A stretch of 64,000 nucleotides of DNA from positions 160,001 to 224,000 of the forward strand of contig CAWGIE010000019.1 in the NCBI GenBank assembly GCA_963822585.1. The letters are read 5' to 3'. Source of the stretch: an uncultured bacterium (lineage in GTDB: Bacteria; Auribacterota; Erginobacteria; Erginobacterales; Erginobacteraceae). A program made the position numbers and the translations under genes. Below, one piece after another: positions 48,333-58,933 of this stretch (positions within the stretch are counted from its first letter, which is position 1; each line of letters begins with the position of its first letter). Below the pieces are notes generated by a model. The model searched no databases, had not been told where the DNA came from, and saw nothing but the letters and a program-made list of their open reading frames with translations.

Positions 48333-48845
48333 TTATTTGTCTTGGGGTGCTCCCACGGAAAACGATAACTCAACCGTCTCCGGAACGATACAGGAGTTCG
48401 CATTGCAGGGCTGGAATGTGACCAGGAGCTTGATCGGGGTCCGGGGGGTCGGTTCGCCCGTCGCCCGGAGAATGACCGGCATCTCGACAGTCCCCTCGTA
48501 GACGGAGACCGGCCCGTCGCTGAAAGATAACCCGACCTGCTTCCCGGGCGGATAAGAGACACTGCCGATTTCCCAGTGCGGATTTTCGGCGAGATCGACC
48601 GTGGTCGGGATCAGGAATTCATCCAGCGGCTGATGAGAATTGATGTGCCATCCCCGGGACACGTCGAGCTCGACCGTTAGTTCTGCCGTTCCCTCCGGGG
48701 GGGGAGTCTGAGCCCGATAAACCCTCACCTCGACCACCCCTTTCTTCACCGCGGCCAGGGGAGCCGCGGCTTCTTCCCCGGAGAATGCCGGCGGTGCCGC
48801 CAACGCCGCCAGAAATATAGTAAGAAGGCATGATTTCATTTTCAT
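48333..48845 (-). CDS. Exported DsbD N-terminal-like domain protein
   Basis: Signal peptide; GWHINS, YPPG, VYEG, QPCNANSCIVP. Confidence 0.85.
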   Translation of the reverse strand: MKMKSCLLTIFLAALAAPPAFSGEEAAAPLAAVKKGVVEVRVYRAQTPPPEGTAELTVELDVSRGWHINSHQPLDEFLIPTTVDLAENPHWEIGSVSYPPGKQVGLSFSDGPVSVYEGTVEMPVILRATGEPTPRTPIKLLVTFQPCNANSCIVPETVELSFSVGAPQDK

Positions 48846-48889
48846 CACGGAGACAATCTTATCACGATACCCCATCCTGGCAATTCCGA

Positions 48890-50797
48890 TCACGCGCCGG
48901 GAGGAAAATGGTATCCGGCCGCGGCCAGGATCAGCGTCCCCGATGCCGCGGGAAGTGCTTCCATCTGGAGCCGGAAGGCCCGGATGATATTCCGGACTTC
49001 CTCCCGGTATCTCTCCTCACCGGTCAGTCTCGCCAGACGGATAAGCACCAGGGCGGCGATTCCGTTCCCGGAAGGGACGGCACGATCGTAGGGATCCCGG
49101 GAACGGAAGAGGCTGACCGCCGCAGCGGCGTGCTTATCGGTCGAAGCGGTAAAAAAGAGACCTCCCGACCGCTTATCCCGGAAACACTCCAGCATTACGT
49201 CGGAAAGGCTCCGGGCTTCTTCCAGCCACTCCTCCTGCCCGGTTGCCGCGTGCAGTTCGAGCAGTCCCTCGGCCAGGAAAGCGTAATCGTCCAGGTAGGC
49301 CGGGATCCTGGCCTCGCCCTTACGATATGTATGCAGAAGTCGGCCATCGACACGGAGATTGTCGAGCAGGAAGCGGGCGGCACCTTCCGCCGCTATCAGA
49401 AGACGGGTTTCATCAAGTGTTTGACCGGCATAAGCCAACCCCCCGATCATCAAACCGTTCCAGTCGGTCATGATCTTATCGTCGAGGTGCGGACGGACCC
49501 GGCGGTCCCGGCGGGCCATAAGTTTTCGGCGGGAACCGGCCAGATTCCTCCCCAGTTCCTCCGGCGGGATTCTTTCTTCCTCCGCCGCTCGCGAGAGCGG
49601 CCGGGGAAGAAAAAGGATGTTCGTCCCCTCGTTCTCCCCGCCGCCCTCTCCGCGCCAATTGCCCCCGGGTTTGATGCCATAGACACGGCAGAAGAGTTCC
49701 CCCTCCCTTTCCCCGAGAGCCTCGATAATTTCGCCCCGCCGCCAGACATAAAACCTGCCTTCTTCTCCCTCACTGTCGGCGTCGAGAGCGGAGTAGAAGC
49801 CGCCGGCCTCATCCCGCATTTCCCGGAGAACCCAATCGGCGATCCCGACCGCGGCCGACCGGAACTCCGCGCGGCCGGACAGAAGATACCCGTCCGCGTA
49901 AGAACGAATCAGCTGGGCGTTGTCGTAGAGCATCTTCTCAAAGTGGGGGACAAACCAGACGTCGTCGGTGGAGTAACGGTGAAAACCGCCTCCCAGGTGG
50001 TCCCGGATGCCTCCCCGGGCCATGAAATCGAGCGTGACCGTCGCCATCTCCAGGAGAGCCGGTTCATGCTTCCGGCGATACTCCTCCAACAGGAGTCGAA
50101 GGGCGGCATGGGGGGGAAACTTGGGCGCGCCGCTGAAACCGCCTCTCTCTCGGTCAAACGTTTCCTCCAAGCCGGCGAGGGCTTTTTCGACCAGTTTCTC
50201 CCCCGGGGGGGAGTCCGCCGGCGCTGACTGGGCAGTCGAGATCTTCTCCATCGCCGCCCAGATCTTTCCAGCCTCTTCTTCGACCTCCTTCCTCCTCGTC
50301 CGCCAGACTTCGGCCAGGTCCCTGAGAACAGTGGGGAAACCCGGCCGGCCCCAGCGGTCCTCCGGCGGGAAATAGGTTCCGGCAAACCAGGGCTTGCCGT
50401 CCGGGGTCAGAAAGACCGAATTCGGCCACCCCCCCCCGCCGGTGAGCAGCTGGGTGGCTTTCATGTAGAAATCGTCGACCTCCGGGCGCTCCTCCCGGTC
50501 GACCTTGACCGGGAGGAAATACTCATTCAGGATCGCCGCCGTCTCCCCGTTCTCGAACGACTCGCGGGCCATCACGTGGCACCAATGGCAGGCCGAATAT
50601 CCGGCCGAGAGGAAGATCGGACGGTCTTCTTTCCTCGCCTTTTCAAAAGCCTCCGCGCCCCAGGGGTACCAGTTGACGGGATTTCCGGCGTGCTGGAGAA
50701 GATAGGGACTCTTCTCGAAGACCAGGCGGTTGAAGTCGCGGCCCCCGTCCGGCGGGAGCTTTTCGATCTCTTCTTGTGATGGTAGCGTATCTTGCAT
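48890..50797 (-). CDS. YyaL/SPATA20-like thioredoxin-domain protein
   Basis: [42 protein letters not shown]. Confidence 0.93.
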   Translation of the reverse strand: MQDTLPSQEEIEKLPPDGGRDFNRLVFEKSPYLLQHAGNPVNWYPWGAEAFEKARKEDRPIFLSAGYSACHWCHVMARESFENGETAAILNEYFLPVKVDREERPEVDDFYMKATQLLTGGGGWPNSVFLTPDGKPWFAGTYFPPEDRWGRPGFPTVLRDLAEVWRTRRKEVEEEAGKIWAAMEKISTAQSAPADSPPGEKLVEKALAGLEETFDRERGGFSGAPKFPPHAALRLLLEEYRRKHEPALLEMATVTLDFMARGGIRDHLGGGFHRYSTDDVWFVPHFEKMLYDNAQLIRSYADGYLLSGRAEFRSAAVGIADWVLREMRDEAGGFYSALDADSEGEEGRFYVWRRGEIIEALGEREGELFCRVYGIKPGGNWRGEGGGENEGTNILFLPRPLSRAAEEERIPPEELGRNLAGSRRKLMARRDRRVRPHLDDKIMTDWNGLMIGGLAYAGQTLDETRLLIAAEGAARFLLDNLRVDGRLLHTYRKGEARIPAYLDDYAFLAEGLLELHAATGQEEWLEEARSLSDVMLECFRDKRSGGLFFTASTDKHAAAAVSLFRSRDPYDRAVPSGNGIAALVLIRLARLTGEERYREEVRNIIRAFRLQMEALPAASGTLILAAAGYHFPPGA

Positions 50798-51123
50798 TTT
50801 TATAGCCTCTTCCCGTTCCGGTTGATCCCGGGAACAGCCGACGCCGAGAAATAACCCGGAAAAGATGAAGATACCGGGGACTCTCAGGGCACGGCTGTGG
50901 CTTCCCCGAACCTCGTCGATATCAAGGCATGAGAAACCCAGCCGAACAGCTAGGAGCCTGTCCGAGTAATGGCTCTCGACGCGTTTCAGTCTACAGCAAC
51001 CCGGCGAGCCCTTGTTGCCCGACCCGCATTTCGGGTACTTCTCACTGTTGATACGCTTCCTTGATATTTCCCCCTTTCTTGTCCACTTCGTCTCCTTCGT
51101 GTTCTTCGTGGTGGTTTATTTTC

Positions 51124-52773
51124 TTAACCCAGGATCGCCTTCAGGTCCTCCTCCGGAGTCCCGATCGGCTTGATATCGAAATTCTCCACCAGGACTTTGA
51201 GGACGCCGGGGGAGACGAACGCCGGCAGCGAGGGACCGAGACGAATGTTCTTGATCCCCAGAGAGAGGAGCGAGAGCAGGATCACCACCGCCTTCTGTTC
51301 GTACCAGGAGAGAATCAGGGAGAGCGGAAGATCGTTGACCCCGCATTCAAAAGCCCCGGCCAGGGCCTGGGCGATCTTAACGGCCGAGTAGGCGTCGTTG
51401 CACTGCCCGACGTCGAGGAGGCGCGGTATCCCGCCGATATCGCCGAAGTCAAGCGAGTTGAAACGGTACTTACCGCAGGCCAGGGTCAGGATCACCGTGT
51501 CTTTCGGGGCCAGCTCAGCGACGCGGGTGAAGTAGTTCCGGCCGGGCTTGGCGCCGTCACAGCCGCCGATCAGGAAGAAGCGCTTTATCGCTCCGGCCTT
51601 CACCGCCGCGATGACCTTCTCGGCCACGCCGAGAACCGCCTCGTGAGCGAACCCGACGGTGATGGTCTTCCCCTCCGACTCCTCGAACCCTCCCAGCTCT
51701 TTCGCCTTCGCGATCACCGCCGAGAAGTCTTTCGGTCCGTCCTCGCGGTCAGGGATGTGCTGCACATCCGGCCAGGCGACCAGTCCGGTGGTGAAGACCC
51801 GGTCCCGATAGGAATCGAGCGGCTTCTGGATGCAGTTGGTGGTAAAGAGGATGGCGGCCGGGACACCGTCGAACTCCTTCTGCTGGTTCTGCCAGGCGCT
51901 TCCGAAGTTCCCCGCCAGGTGCCGGTACTTTTTCAGTCCCGGGTAGCCGTGGGCGGGGAGCATTTCCCCGTGGGTGTAGACGTTGACACCGGTCCCCTCG
52001 GTCTGCTGGAGCAGCTCTTCCAGGTCCTTAAGGTCATGGCCGGTGATAATGACGGCCGGTCCCTTCCGGGTCCCCAGTGAAACCGGTGTCGGCTCCGGGA
52101 TACCGAAGTGCTCCCGGTGTCCCTCCGAAAGAAGCTCCATGGCGGTGATGTTTATCTTCCCGCACTCCATGTTCAGGGCAACAAGATCGTCGGCGGAACG
52201 ATCGCCTTCCGCCAGGGCGGCCAGAGCCCGATTGATAAAATCATACACTTCATTCGAGTCGCGACCCAGAATATGCGCGTGGTCGGTGTAGGCGGAGAGC
52301 CCCTTCAGCCCGAAGAGCAAAAGGTGCTCCAGCGAACGGAGGTCATCGGACTTTTCCGGATCGCTCATCAGCCCTACTTCTTCGGCCTGCTCCAGGAGCC
52401 CTTCCCGTCCGGCCGCCGGCTCCCACCAGGCGGCGGGCGGAGTTTCCTCCTCGATAACCCCGGAGGGGCCCCCGGCCAGTTTCCGCGCCCGGCCTTTCAT
52501 CTTCGCCGCCGCCCGGATCAATGTTTCCAGGCGGTCCGGATCGAAGTCGACGTTGGTTATCGTACTGAAGAGGGCCCGGACGATGAATTCGTTCACCTCC
52601 GGGTCCCGTTTCCCCGCCGCCGCGCCGAGGGCGGCATACCAGCCGATCCCCTTCACCGCGTGTATCAGCAGGTCCTGGAGAGCGGCTGTCTCCGGGGACT
52701 TCCCGCAGACTCCTCTTACCGTGCAGCCGGAACCTTTCGCCGTTTGTTCACACTGATAACAGAACATATTCAT
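51124..52773 (-). CDS. hcp: Hybrid cluster protein (hydroxylamine reductase)
   Basis: MFCYQCEQT..GC..GVCGK, YTHGEMLPAH, GGCDG, LACGK, GQCND, SWYEQKA. Confidence 0.97.
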   Translation of the reverse strand: MNMFCYQCEQTAKGSGCTVRGVCGKSPETAALQDLLIHAVKGIGWYAALGAAAGKRDPEVNEFIVRALFSTITNVDFDPDRLETLIRAAAKMKGRARKLAGGPSGVIEEETPPAAWWEPAAGREGLLEQAEEVGLMSDPEKSDDLRSLEHLLLFGLKGLSAYTDHAHILGRDSNEVYDFINRALAALAEGDRSADDLVALNMECGKINITAMELLSEGHREHFGIPEPTPVSLGTRKGPAVIITGHDLKDLEELLQQTEGTGVNVYTHGEMLPAHGYPGLKKYRHLAGNFGSAWQNQQKEFDGVPAAILFTTNCIQKPLDSYRDRVFTTGLVAWPDVQHIPDREDGPKDFSAVIAKAKELGGFEESEGKTITVGFAHEAVLGVAEKVIAAVKAGAIKRFFLIGGCDGAKPGRNYFTRVAELAPKDTVILTLACGKYRFNSLDFGDIGGIPRLLDVGQCNDAYSAVKIAQALAGAFECGVNDLPLSLILSWYEQKAVVILLSLLSLGIKNIRLGPSLPAFVSPGVLKVLVENFDIKPIGTPEEDLKAILG

Positions 52774-52903
52774 CTCGTACCTCCTTTGAACATCGCCCTC
52801 GCGCAGTCTATCCCGATGTAATCGGGGCGCGGGCCATGTTCTTAAGTGCCTAAAGTTTTAAGTGCCTAAAGTTAAACGCGCTTTTCCTTGTATCTGAACA
52901 CCG

Positions 52904-53004
52904 TTGCCTGAACTGCAAGCGAAGCGATACGACAATTACTACAAAGAATGCCGGCGGCATTCTGATCCTACAAGTCCTTGAGCGCAGCGAAAGGACGATA
53001 CTAC
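52904..53004. repeat. Right half of the 13397-13589 element; supplies the cupin stop codon
   Basis: GAACTGCAAGCG..CTACAAAGAATGCCG..GGCATTCTGATCCTACAAGTCC..GGACGAT.CTAC. Confidence 0.8.
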
Positions 53005-53333
53005 TTGTGCCTCTCTCTCGGATGCGGGGTCTTGACGATCAGGAACGTCGCGTCTTCCCCGGATTGATTGACGATGTTCATCGGTGTCCCCGCGGCCACC
53101 GGGACCAGGTCGCCCTCCCGCGCCCGGATCTTCTCTCCGGCCCGGTCCACGATCACCTCGCCCTTGACTATCAGGAGGTGAACGTTTGAATCGGCGGTGT
53201 GCGGGGGGACCATCTGGCCCGGTTTCAAGGCGGCCTGCATCAGCAGCAGATAATCCTCGTCCACCAGCTTTCTCTTCCCCATCCCCGCCTGCTGGTACGG
53301 TATTTCTTTCAATACGTTTATCTCCGGCATCAT
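53001..53333 (-). CDS. Cupin domain protein
   Basis: LKPGQ.VPPH, IVKGE, GDLV.V. Confidence 0.85.
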   Translation of the reverse strand: MMPEINVLKEIPYQQAGMGKRKLVDEDYLLLMQAALKPGQMVPPHTADSNVHLLIVKGEVIVDRAGEKIRAREGDLVPVAAGTPMNIVNQSGEDATFLIVKTPHPRERHK

Positions 53334-53422
53334 CACCTCCTCTCCCCCGATACAGCGGGGGACCAGTATGATTACGGCGGCAAAACCGCATAAAATCGTT
53401 ATGCTCTTTATTTATCATCATT

Positions 53423-53692
53423 CTACTTATCTCCTTCCCTTATTTGTCCCCGGCGCCGCCGGCCGCGGTCCAGGCGATCATATTTTTCCGCCCCCAGGCA
53501 TTCCCGGGCCGAACCGCACCACTCCCAACAGGAGGGAGGCATCTCCCGGAAGATCACGCCTCCGCAGTCGGGACAATACGCTTCTTCCTCATCAGTCCAG
53601 ATCTCCACCCTCTCTCCGCAGCCGGGGCAGGCGATATCCTCCGCGGAGGCGTGCGTGATAATCTCCGATCCCGGGCATTTGAATATGCTCAT
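53423..53692 (-). CDS. Small Cys-rich metal-binding protein
   Basis: CPG...CPGCG.RVEIWTDE..CPDCG..SCWEWC..AREC. Confidence 0.8.
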   Translation of the reverse strand: MSIFKCPGSEIITHASAEDIACPGCGERVEIWTDEEEAYCPDCGGVIFREMPPSCWEWCGSARECLGAEKYDRLDRGRRRRGQIREGDK

Positions 53693-53700
53693 ACAAGTTA

Positions 53701-53807
53701 GCGCCTCCGGCGCAACTTGTAGTGTGAAGTGTAATGTTTAAAGTGTAATGAAACTTTCCACTTTACACCTTTCACTTCACACTACTTTATTGAAATTCCG
53801 AAATAGG
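53701..53807 (-). repeat. Dispersed leader element, copy C (both ends of copy A, core replaced by a heptamer hairpin)
   Basis: CGCCTCCGGCGC left end; 21 bp TTATTGAAATTCCGAAATAGG identical to 12527-12547. Confidence 0.75.
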
Positions 53808-53871
53808 TACCTGGCCCTTACATTATTTCTCTCTTTTCCTGGTGCCTTGGTATCTTGGTGGCGACTATCTG

Positions 53872-54708
53872 TTACTTCTTCTCTCCCCTGATACCGATCA
53901 CCACTTCTTGGAAGGGGATATCCTTCCCGGAAGCTTTCAGCGCCTCTTCAACCAGAGTCACGATGCCCCGGCAGCAGGGGACCTCCATCCGGGCCGTGGT
54001 CACGCTCTTGATATCGTGCTGCTGGAAATACCCGGTCAGCCGTTCAAGATACAATCGGTTGTCGTCGAACTTCGGGCAGCCGCAGACCACCACCCTGCCC
54101 CGGAGTAGATCCTCGTGAAAACCGGCATAGGCGACGGGGACGCAATCGGCCGCCACCAGGAGATCGGCGCCTTCCAGGAAAGGCGCTCCCGGAGGGACGA
54201 GGTTGAGCTGTACGGGCCAGTGCCCGAGACGCGACGGCGGCAGGGTCTCTTCTCGATCCGCGTCGTCCGCGTCCGGGGAGGTCCGAAAAACCCGGGCCAT
54301 CGAACCGGGACAGGGAGAGTCACCGGGCTTCGTTTCGCAGGTATCCCCGGTAAACCCCGGTGGAACCGAGATTGCTTTCTCGTCCAGGTAGGCGAGCGCT
54401 TCCCGGAGAAAAGCATCCTGACGATGATCCTTCAGGTGCTGCAGGTGCGCCCGGATAACGTTCTCCCCCCCGAGGACGATATTCTCCATCACCCTCCTCT
54501 CGTCATATTTTTCCGCGGCCCGCTCCTCGACGGTGATCGCTCCCTGCGGGCAGTGGCCGAGACACGCGCCCAGTCCATCGCAGAAGAGATCGCTCACCAG
54601 ACGCGCCTTCCCGTCGATGATACGGAGCGCCCCTTCCGGGCATTCCGGAATGCACTCTCCGCACCCATTGCAGAGCGCTTCATCAATAGTGATAATCTTG
54701 CGTTTCAT
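53872..54708 (-). CDS. 4Fe-4S binding protein (Hcp-associated)
   Basis: [46 protein letters not shown]. Confidence 0.9.
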   Translation of the reverse strand: MKRKIITIDEALCNGCGECIPECPEGALRIIDGKARLVSDLFCDGLGACLGHCPQGAITVEERAAEKYDERRVMENIVLGGENVIRAHLQHLKDHRQDAFLREALAYLDEKAISVPPGFTGDTCETKPGDSPCPGSMARVFRTSPDADDADREETLPPSRLGHWPVQLNLVPPGAPFLEGADLLVAADCVPVAYAGFHEDLLRGRVVVCGCPKFDDNRLYLERLTGYFQQHDIKSVTTARMEVPCCRGIVTLVEEALKASGKDIPFQEVVIGIRGEKK

Positions 54709-54717
54709 TTCTTCTCC

Positions 54718-55161
54718 TTATGAAGTTCGGGATGATATGTCCCCCCGTTCGGGGGTCAGATCGTCCAGCAGACTCTTAACGGTAATATCTTCCAGCTCTG
54801 AAATAACCCTTTGTTCGATTCCCTTGATCCTCTTACGCAGCGGGCAGTGAGCGCGATTATGACAAAGCCGCTTACGGAAGATACAGTCCGCCAGCTGGAT
54901 CTTCCCCTGGAGAATCCCGATCAGGCGGGTGAGGCGGATGCTTTCCGGAGGAACTTTCAACTTCACCCCACCCCGCCCGCCCTCTTTCGTGGTCAGCAAC
55001 CCCTCTCTGGCCAGAGTCTGCAACAGGCGCCTCAGAAAAGAGAGCGGTATCTTCTCACTCTCCGAGATCTCCCGGGACGGAATAAAACGGTCTTCATGCC
55101 GGGCGAGATAGACCAGAGCCCGGACCGCATAATCGGTGTTCTTGGTTAGCAATTTCATCAT
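54718..55161 (-). CDS. Rrf2-family regulator with three Cys (probable Fe-S/NO sensor)
   Basis: TDYAVRAL, EGGRGG, C..RKRLC..RAHC. Confidence 0.9.
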   Translation of the reverse strand: MMKLLTKNTDYAVRALVYLARHEDRFIPSREISESEKIPLSFLRRLLQTLAREGLLTTKEGGRGGVKLKVPPESIRLTRLIGILQGKIQLADCIFRKRLCHNRAHCPLRKRIKGIEQRVISELEDITVKSLLDDLTPERGDISSRTS

Positions 55162-55178
55162 TTTTACCATCAACTAAC

Positions 55179-55210
55179 ACTAATATAGTATTAGTATGGC
55201 ACCCTGTCAA
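55179..55210 (-). promoter_or_regulatory. Sigma70 promoter overlapped by a 7-3-7 palindrome (candidate Rrf2 operator)
   Basis: Minus strand TTGACA-N17-TATATT; ACTAATA-TAG-TATTAGT at 55179-55195. Confidence 0.72.
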
Positions 55211-55335
55211 GCCCCTTTTTGCTTTTTTCCTCCGTTAAATGAACTGTCGGGAATTCCACCATTGTGATATAATCCGGCCAGTTTCAGCGAAATAGGAACC
55301 GATCCGAGTGTACGGCGAATAAATGGAGGGAAGAA

Positions 55336-56516
55336 ATGAAACCGCGGAAAATAACCGAGAACGTTTCCTGGGTGGGCGCGATCGACTGGGACCGGCAGCT
55401 TTTTGATGCGCTGATCCCGCTGCCCGACGGGACCAGCTATAACTCCTACCTGATTGAGGGCAATGAGAAGACGGCCCTACTCGATACCGTCGATCCCCCG
55501 TTTTCCGGGCTGTTGCTCGAGAAACTGGCCGGGGTGGAAAAAATCGACTACCTCGTCTCCCACCACGCCGAACAGGATCACTCCGGCTCCATTCCTCGCG
55601 TCCTCGAAAAGTATCCGGAAGCCAAGGTCGTCACCAACCCGAAATGCAAAGGCATGCTGATCGATCTCCTCCGGATCCCGGAAGAGAAGTTTATCACCGT
55701 CGAAGACGGCGGAACTCTCTCGCTGGGCAACCTGACCCTGGAGTTCATCTACACCCCCTGGGTCCACTGGCCGGAGACGATGTCCAGCTACCTGAAGGAA
55801 GAGAAGATTCTCTTCTCCTGCGACTTCTTCGGCTCTCACCTGGCAACCACCGATCTCTACGCTTCCAACGATGACCGGGTGGCCGAAGCCGCCAAGAGAT
55901 ACTACGGGGAGATCATGATGCCCTTCCGGCCGACGATCGTCAGGAACCTGGATAAAATCAAGGGACGGGACATCTCCCTGATCGCGCCCAGCCACGGCCC
56001 GATTTACGACCAGCCGCCGTTCATCATCGACGCCTACCGCGAGTGGGTTTCGGACGCCTGTAAAAATTCGGTGGTGATTCCTTTCGTGACCATGCACGGG
56101 AGCACGGGCCTGATGGTGGAGCACCTGCTTAACGCACTGACCGAGCGCGGGATCACCGTTTATCCCTTCAACCTGGCGGTCACCGATATCGGCAAGCTGA
56201 TAATCGCCCTGGTGGATGCCGCTACGATCGTCATCGGCACCCCGACGGTGCTGGCCGGTCCCCATCCATTGGCCCTGAACGCGGCCGCGCTGGTCAATGC
56301 CCTGCGGCCCAAAGCTAAATTCGCCGGCATCATCGGCTCCTATGGGTGGGGGGGAAAACCGTGGAGCAGATTACCGGGGCCGTCTCCCATCTGAAGGTGG
56401 AGCTGCTGGAGCCGATTCTCTGCAAGGGACTCCCCGGGGCGGATGCTTTTAATGCCCTGGACGGATTGGCCGACGACATCGCGGAAAAGCACCAGCAAGT
56501 TGAAGCACAGCCTTAA
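55336..56516 (+). pseudogene. fprA: FprA-family flavodiiron protein with one base missing near 56355
   Basis: GTSYNSY, HAEQDHSG, HWPE, SCDFFG, PSHG, GSYGWGG|KTVEQI...HQQVEAQP*. Confidence 0.88.
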
Positions 56517-56689
56517 TTTGCTGCTTCGGAAACTCCAAGAAAGAGAAATCCAGTAGTGTAGTATCGTCCTTTCGCCGAGCAGGCCGGCGGAGGGGCGCCC
56601 CTTATCTCGATTACCCGGCCTCTTGCCATTATCGTTCTAAGGCGTGCGGTGGGTGCGATTGACAATCCCCTCTCCTTCGATTATCTTTT

Positions 56690-56735
56690 AATCCGATCCG
56701 TAAATCGGGCAAGCCCGATTTACAGATCGGATTAG
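56690..56735. repeat. Palindrome TAATCCGATC.GTAAATCGGGC-AA-GCCCGATTTAC.GATCGGATTA
   Basis: Near-perfect stem of about 21 bp upstream of tamA. Confidence 0.8.
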
Positions 56736-56807
56736 TTTTGAACAATGCCGAAGCATATGCTAACAGCCACGAAGCAAGGTATTGATATATCCTGCTCTTG
56801 TGCAGTT

Positions 56808-58643
56808 ATGAATATTTTTTACCGGATAGCGTGCTTCTTTTTCATCTGCTGCGGGTCGGCACTTCCCGCCGACGATAACGGGGACTGGTCCCCTCCCCCG
56901 TATTCCGTCTCCATCCATCTCCACGGCGAAAAAAGCGACGCTCTCAAGCAGCTGCTCTGGGATGTGTCCACTACCGTCATCGACCGGAAAAATCCGCCGC
57001 CCACCCTGAGCCTGCTGCAGGCGATCGCGGAGGATGACGCCGGGAAGATGGTGAAGGTCCTCCGTGCCGAAAGTTTCTACACGGGAACGGTGCGGCCTGA
57101 TTTCAAAAGGAACAAAAATGATCTCCGCGTCATCTTCTCGGTACTGACCGGGAAGCCGTTCCTTTTCAGTACCGCGCATATCGCTATCGCGGGGGGAGCG
57201 CTCCCGGACACGGTATCGGCCCCCGCCGGCGACGCGATCGGGCTGAAAGCCGGCGAACGGGGAACCTCCACCGCCGTCGTTGCCGCGTCCACGCGGCTTC
57301 TGAAATATTTTCAGAAAATCGGATACCCTTTCGTGAAGATCACGGACCGGCAGGTAGTGGTGGATTACGCGTCTGAAACAGTCTCCGTCGCCTTCACGGT
57401 GGACCCGGGAGAACGGGCTTCCTTCGGCTGGACCACCTTTACCGGGCTGGTGGATGTAGAGCCGGGATTCGTCCGGAAGAAGATCCCCTGGCAGGAGGGA
57501 CAGCTCTACGACCCGGCGCTGGTCCAGGAACTCCGGAACCGCCTCAGCCGGACCGGCCTCTTCACCACGGTTCTGGTCGCACCCGGCCAGAAAGAGGATA
57601 AAACCGGAAAGACGGATAACCGGACCGGGGAGAATACGGATATCCCCCTCGTTCCTCTCCCGGTAACGGTCACTGTCCGGGAGCGCGCCCGCCACACGGT
57701 CGGGGTGGAGGCGGGATACAGCACCGACATCGGCGTCGGGGGGGGCGCCTCCTGGGAGGACCGGAACCTGCTGGGGGAGGGGGAATTGCTGCATCTGGAG
57801 TTTTTCGTCAGCCAGCAGATGTATCTCGGGGAAGGTCGCTTCCGGCTGCCGGAGTTTCTCAGTCCCGACCAGTCCCTGACCCTTGCCGTCCAGCCGGTTT
57901 ATGATAACCCGAAGGCATATACCAGCTACCGGATCCGCAACTCGGCCGTTGTCCAGCGCGACTTCAGCGATGCCTTTTCCGTGAGCGGGGGGGCCGCTCT
58001 CACCCTGGACAGCGTCAAGCAGCTCGACCAGACGAAAGACTATCTTCTTTTCTCGACCCCCGTCTCCGCCAGCTGGAGTCTCGGCGGTGTTCAGCCGTTC
58101 CCCCGGGCGGGCGCCCTTTTCTCCGTGATCGGCGAGCCCTACTACGACCTGAACAGCGATCGCCTCTTCATCAAAACGCTGCTCGACACCAACCTTCTCT
58201 ACCGCTTCCCCGGGGCCGAGTTCCTGACCGCCGTCGGCCGGATCTCCTTCGGGAGTATCCTCGAGGCATCACCGGGAGAAGTCCCGGCCGACCTCCGGTT
58301 TTACGCGGGGGGAGCGAATTCGATCCGGGGATACGCCTACCAGATGGTTGGGCCCCTGGTTAATAAGGATCCGGTCGGAGGGAGATCTCTTTTCACTTTT
58401 TCTCTCGAGGTCGACATCCAGGTGATCGGCGACTTCGGGGGCGCCGTTTTTCTCGACGGCGGCTCCGCCTTCGAGAACGACTTGCCCGGACCGTGGGACG
58501 AGGTTCTGTATGGGACGGGCGTGGGGCTGCGGTACTTCACCCCGATCGGGCCGATCGGACTGGACATCGGTTTTCCCCTCAATCCGCGGAAAGGGATCGA
58601 CGACAATTTCCAGGTCTACGTGAGCATCGCGCAGATATATTAA
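56808..58643 (+). CDS. tamA: TamA/Omp85-family outer membrane protein
   Basis: POTRA-like regions, RFYAGGANSIRGY, GVGLRYFTPIGP, C-terminal aromatic residue. Confidence 0.9.
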   Translation: MNIFYRIACFFFICCGSALPADDNGDWSPPPYSVSIHLHGEKSDALKQLLWDVSTTVIDRKNPPPTLSLLQAIAEDDAGKMVKVLRAESFYTGTVRPDFKRNKNDLRVIFSVLTGKPFLFSTAHIAIAGGALPDTVSAPAGDAIGLKAGERGTSTAVVAASTRLLKYFQKIGYPFVKITDRQVVVDYASETVSVAFTVDPGERASFGWTTFTGLVDVEPGFVRKKIPWQEGQLYDPALVQELRNRLSRTGLFTTVLVAPGQKEDKTGKTDNRTGENTDIPLVPLPVTVTVRERARHTVGVEAGYSTDIGVGGGASWEDRNLLGEGELLHLEFFVSQQMYLGEGRFRLPEFLSPDQSLTLAVQPVYDNPKAYTSYRIRNSAVVQRDFSDAFSVSGGAALTLDSVKQLDQTKDYLLFSTPVSASWSLGGVQPFPRAGALFSVIGEPYYDLNSDRLFIKTLLDTNLLYRFPGAEFLTAVGRISFGSILEASPGEVPADLRFYAGGANSIRGYAYQMVGPLVNKDPVGGRSLFTFSLEVDIQVIGDFGGAVFLDGGSAFENDLPGPWDEVLYGTGVGLRYFTPIGPIGLDIGFPLNPRKGIDDNFQVYVSIAQIY

Positions 58644-58933
58644 CCACTTAATATAAAGGAGGAGAAATGGAGAGTATGAAGAATAATTGGAAGGGTCAGC
58701 CTATTCCAGTTTGCCGGGCGTTGTTCGTTCCGATCGTACTCCGGCACTGCTTATCACTCCGGTCATCCATATTTAAATACCCGGTAATCATGACAATGTT
58801 TGTATTCACTGATTTGTCCATAATGACAGGGCATCAAGACAGAAGCATCGATAATGACTGTGTTACGGTATAATAAAAACCATCAGTAAAATACCTCTTC
58901 CGTACCCTCCTCCTCCTCCTGGCGCTGGCGGTT

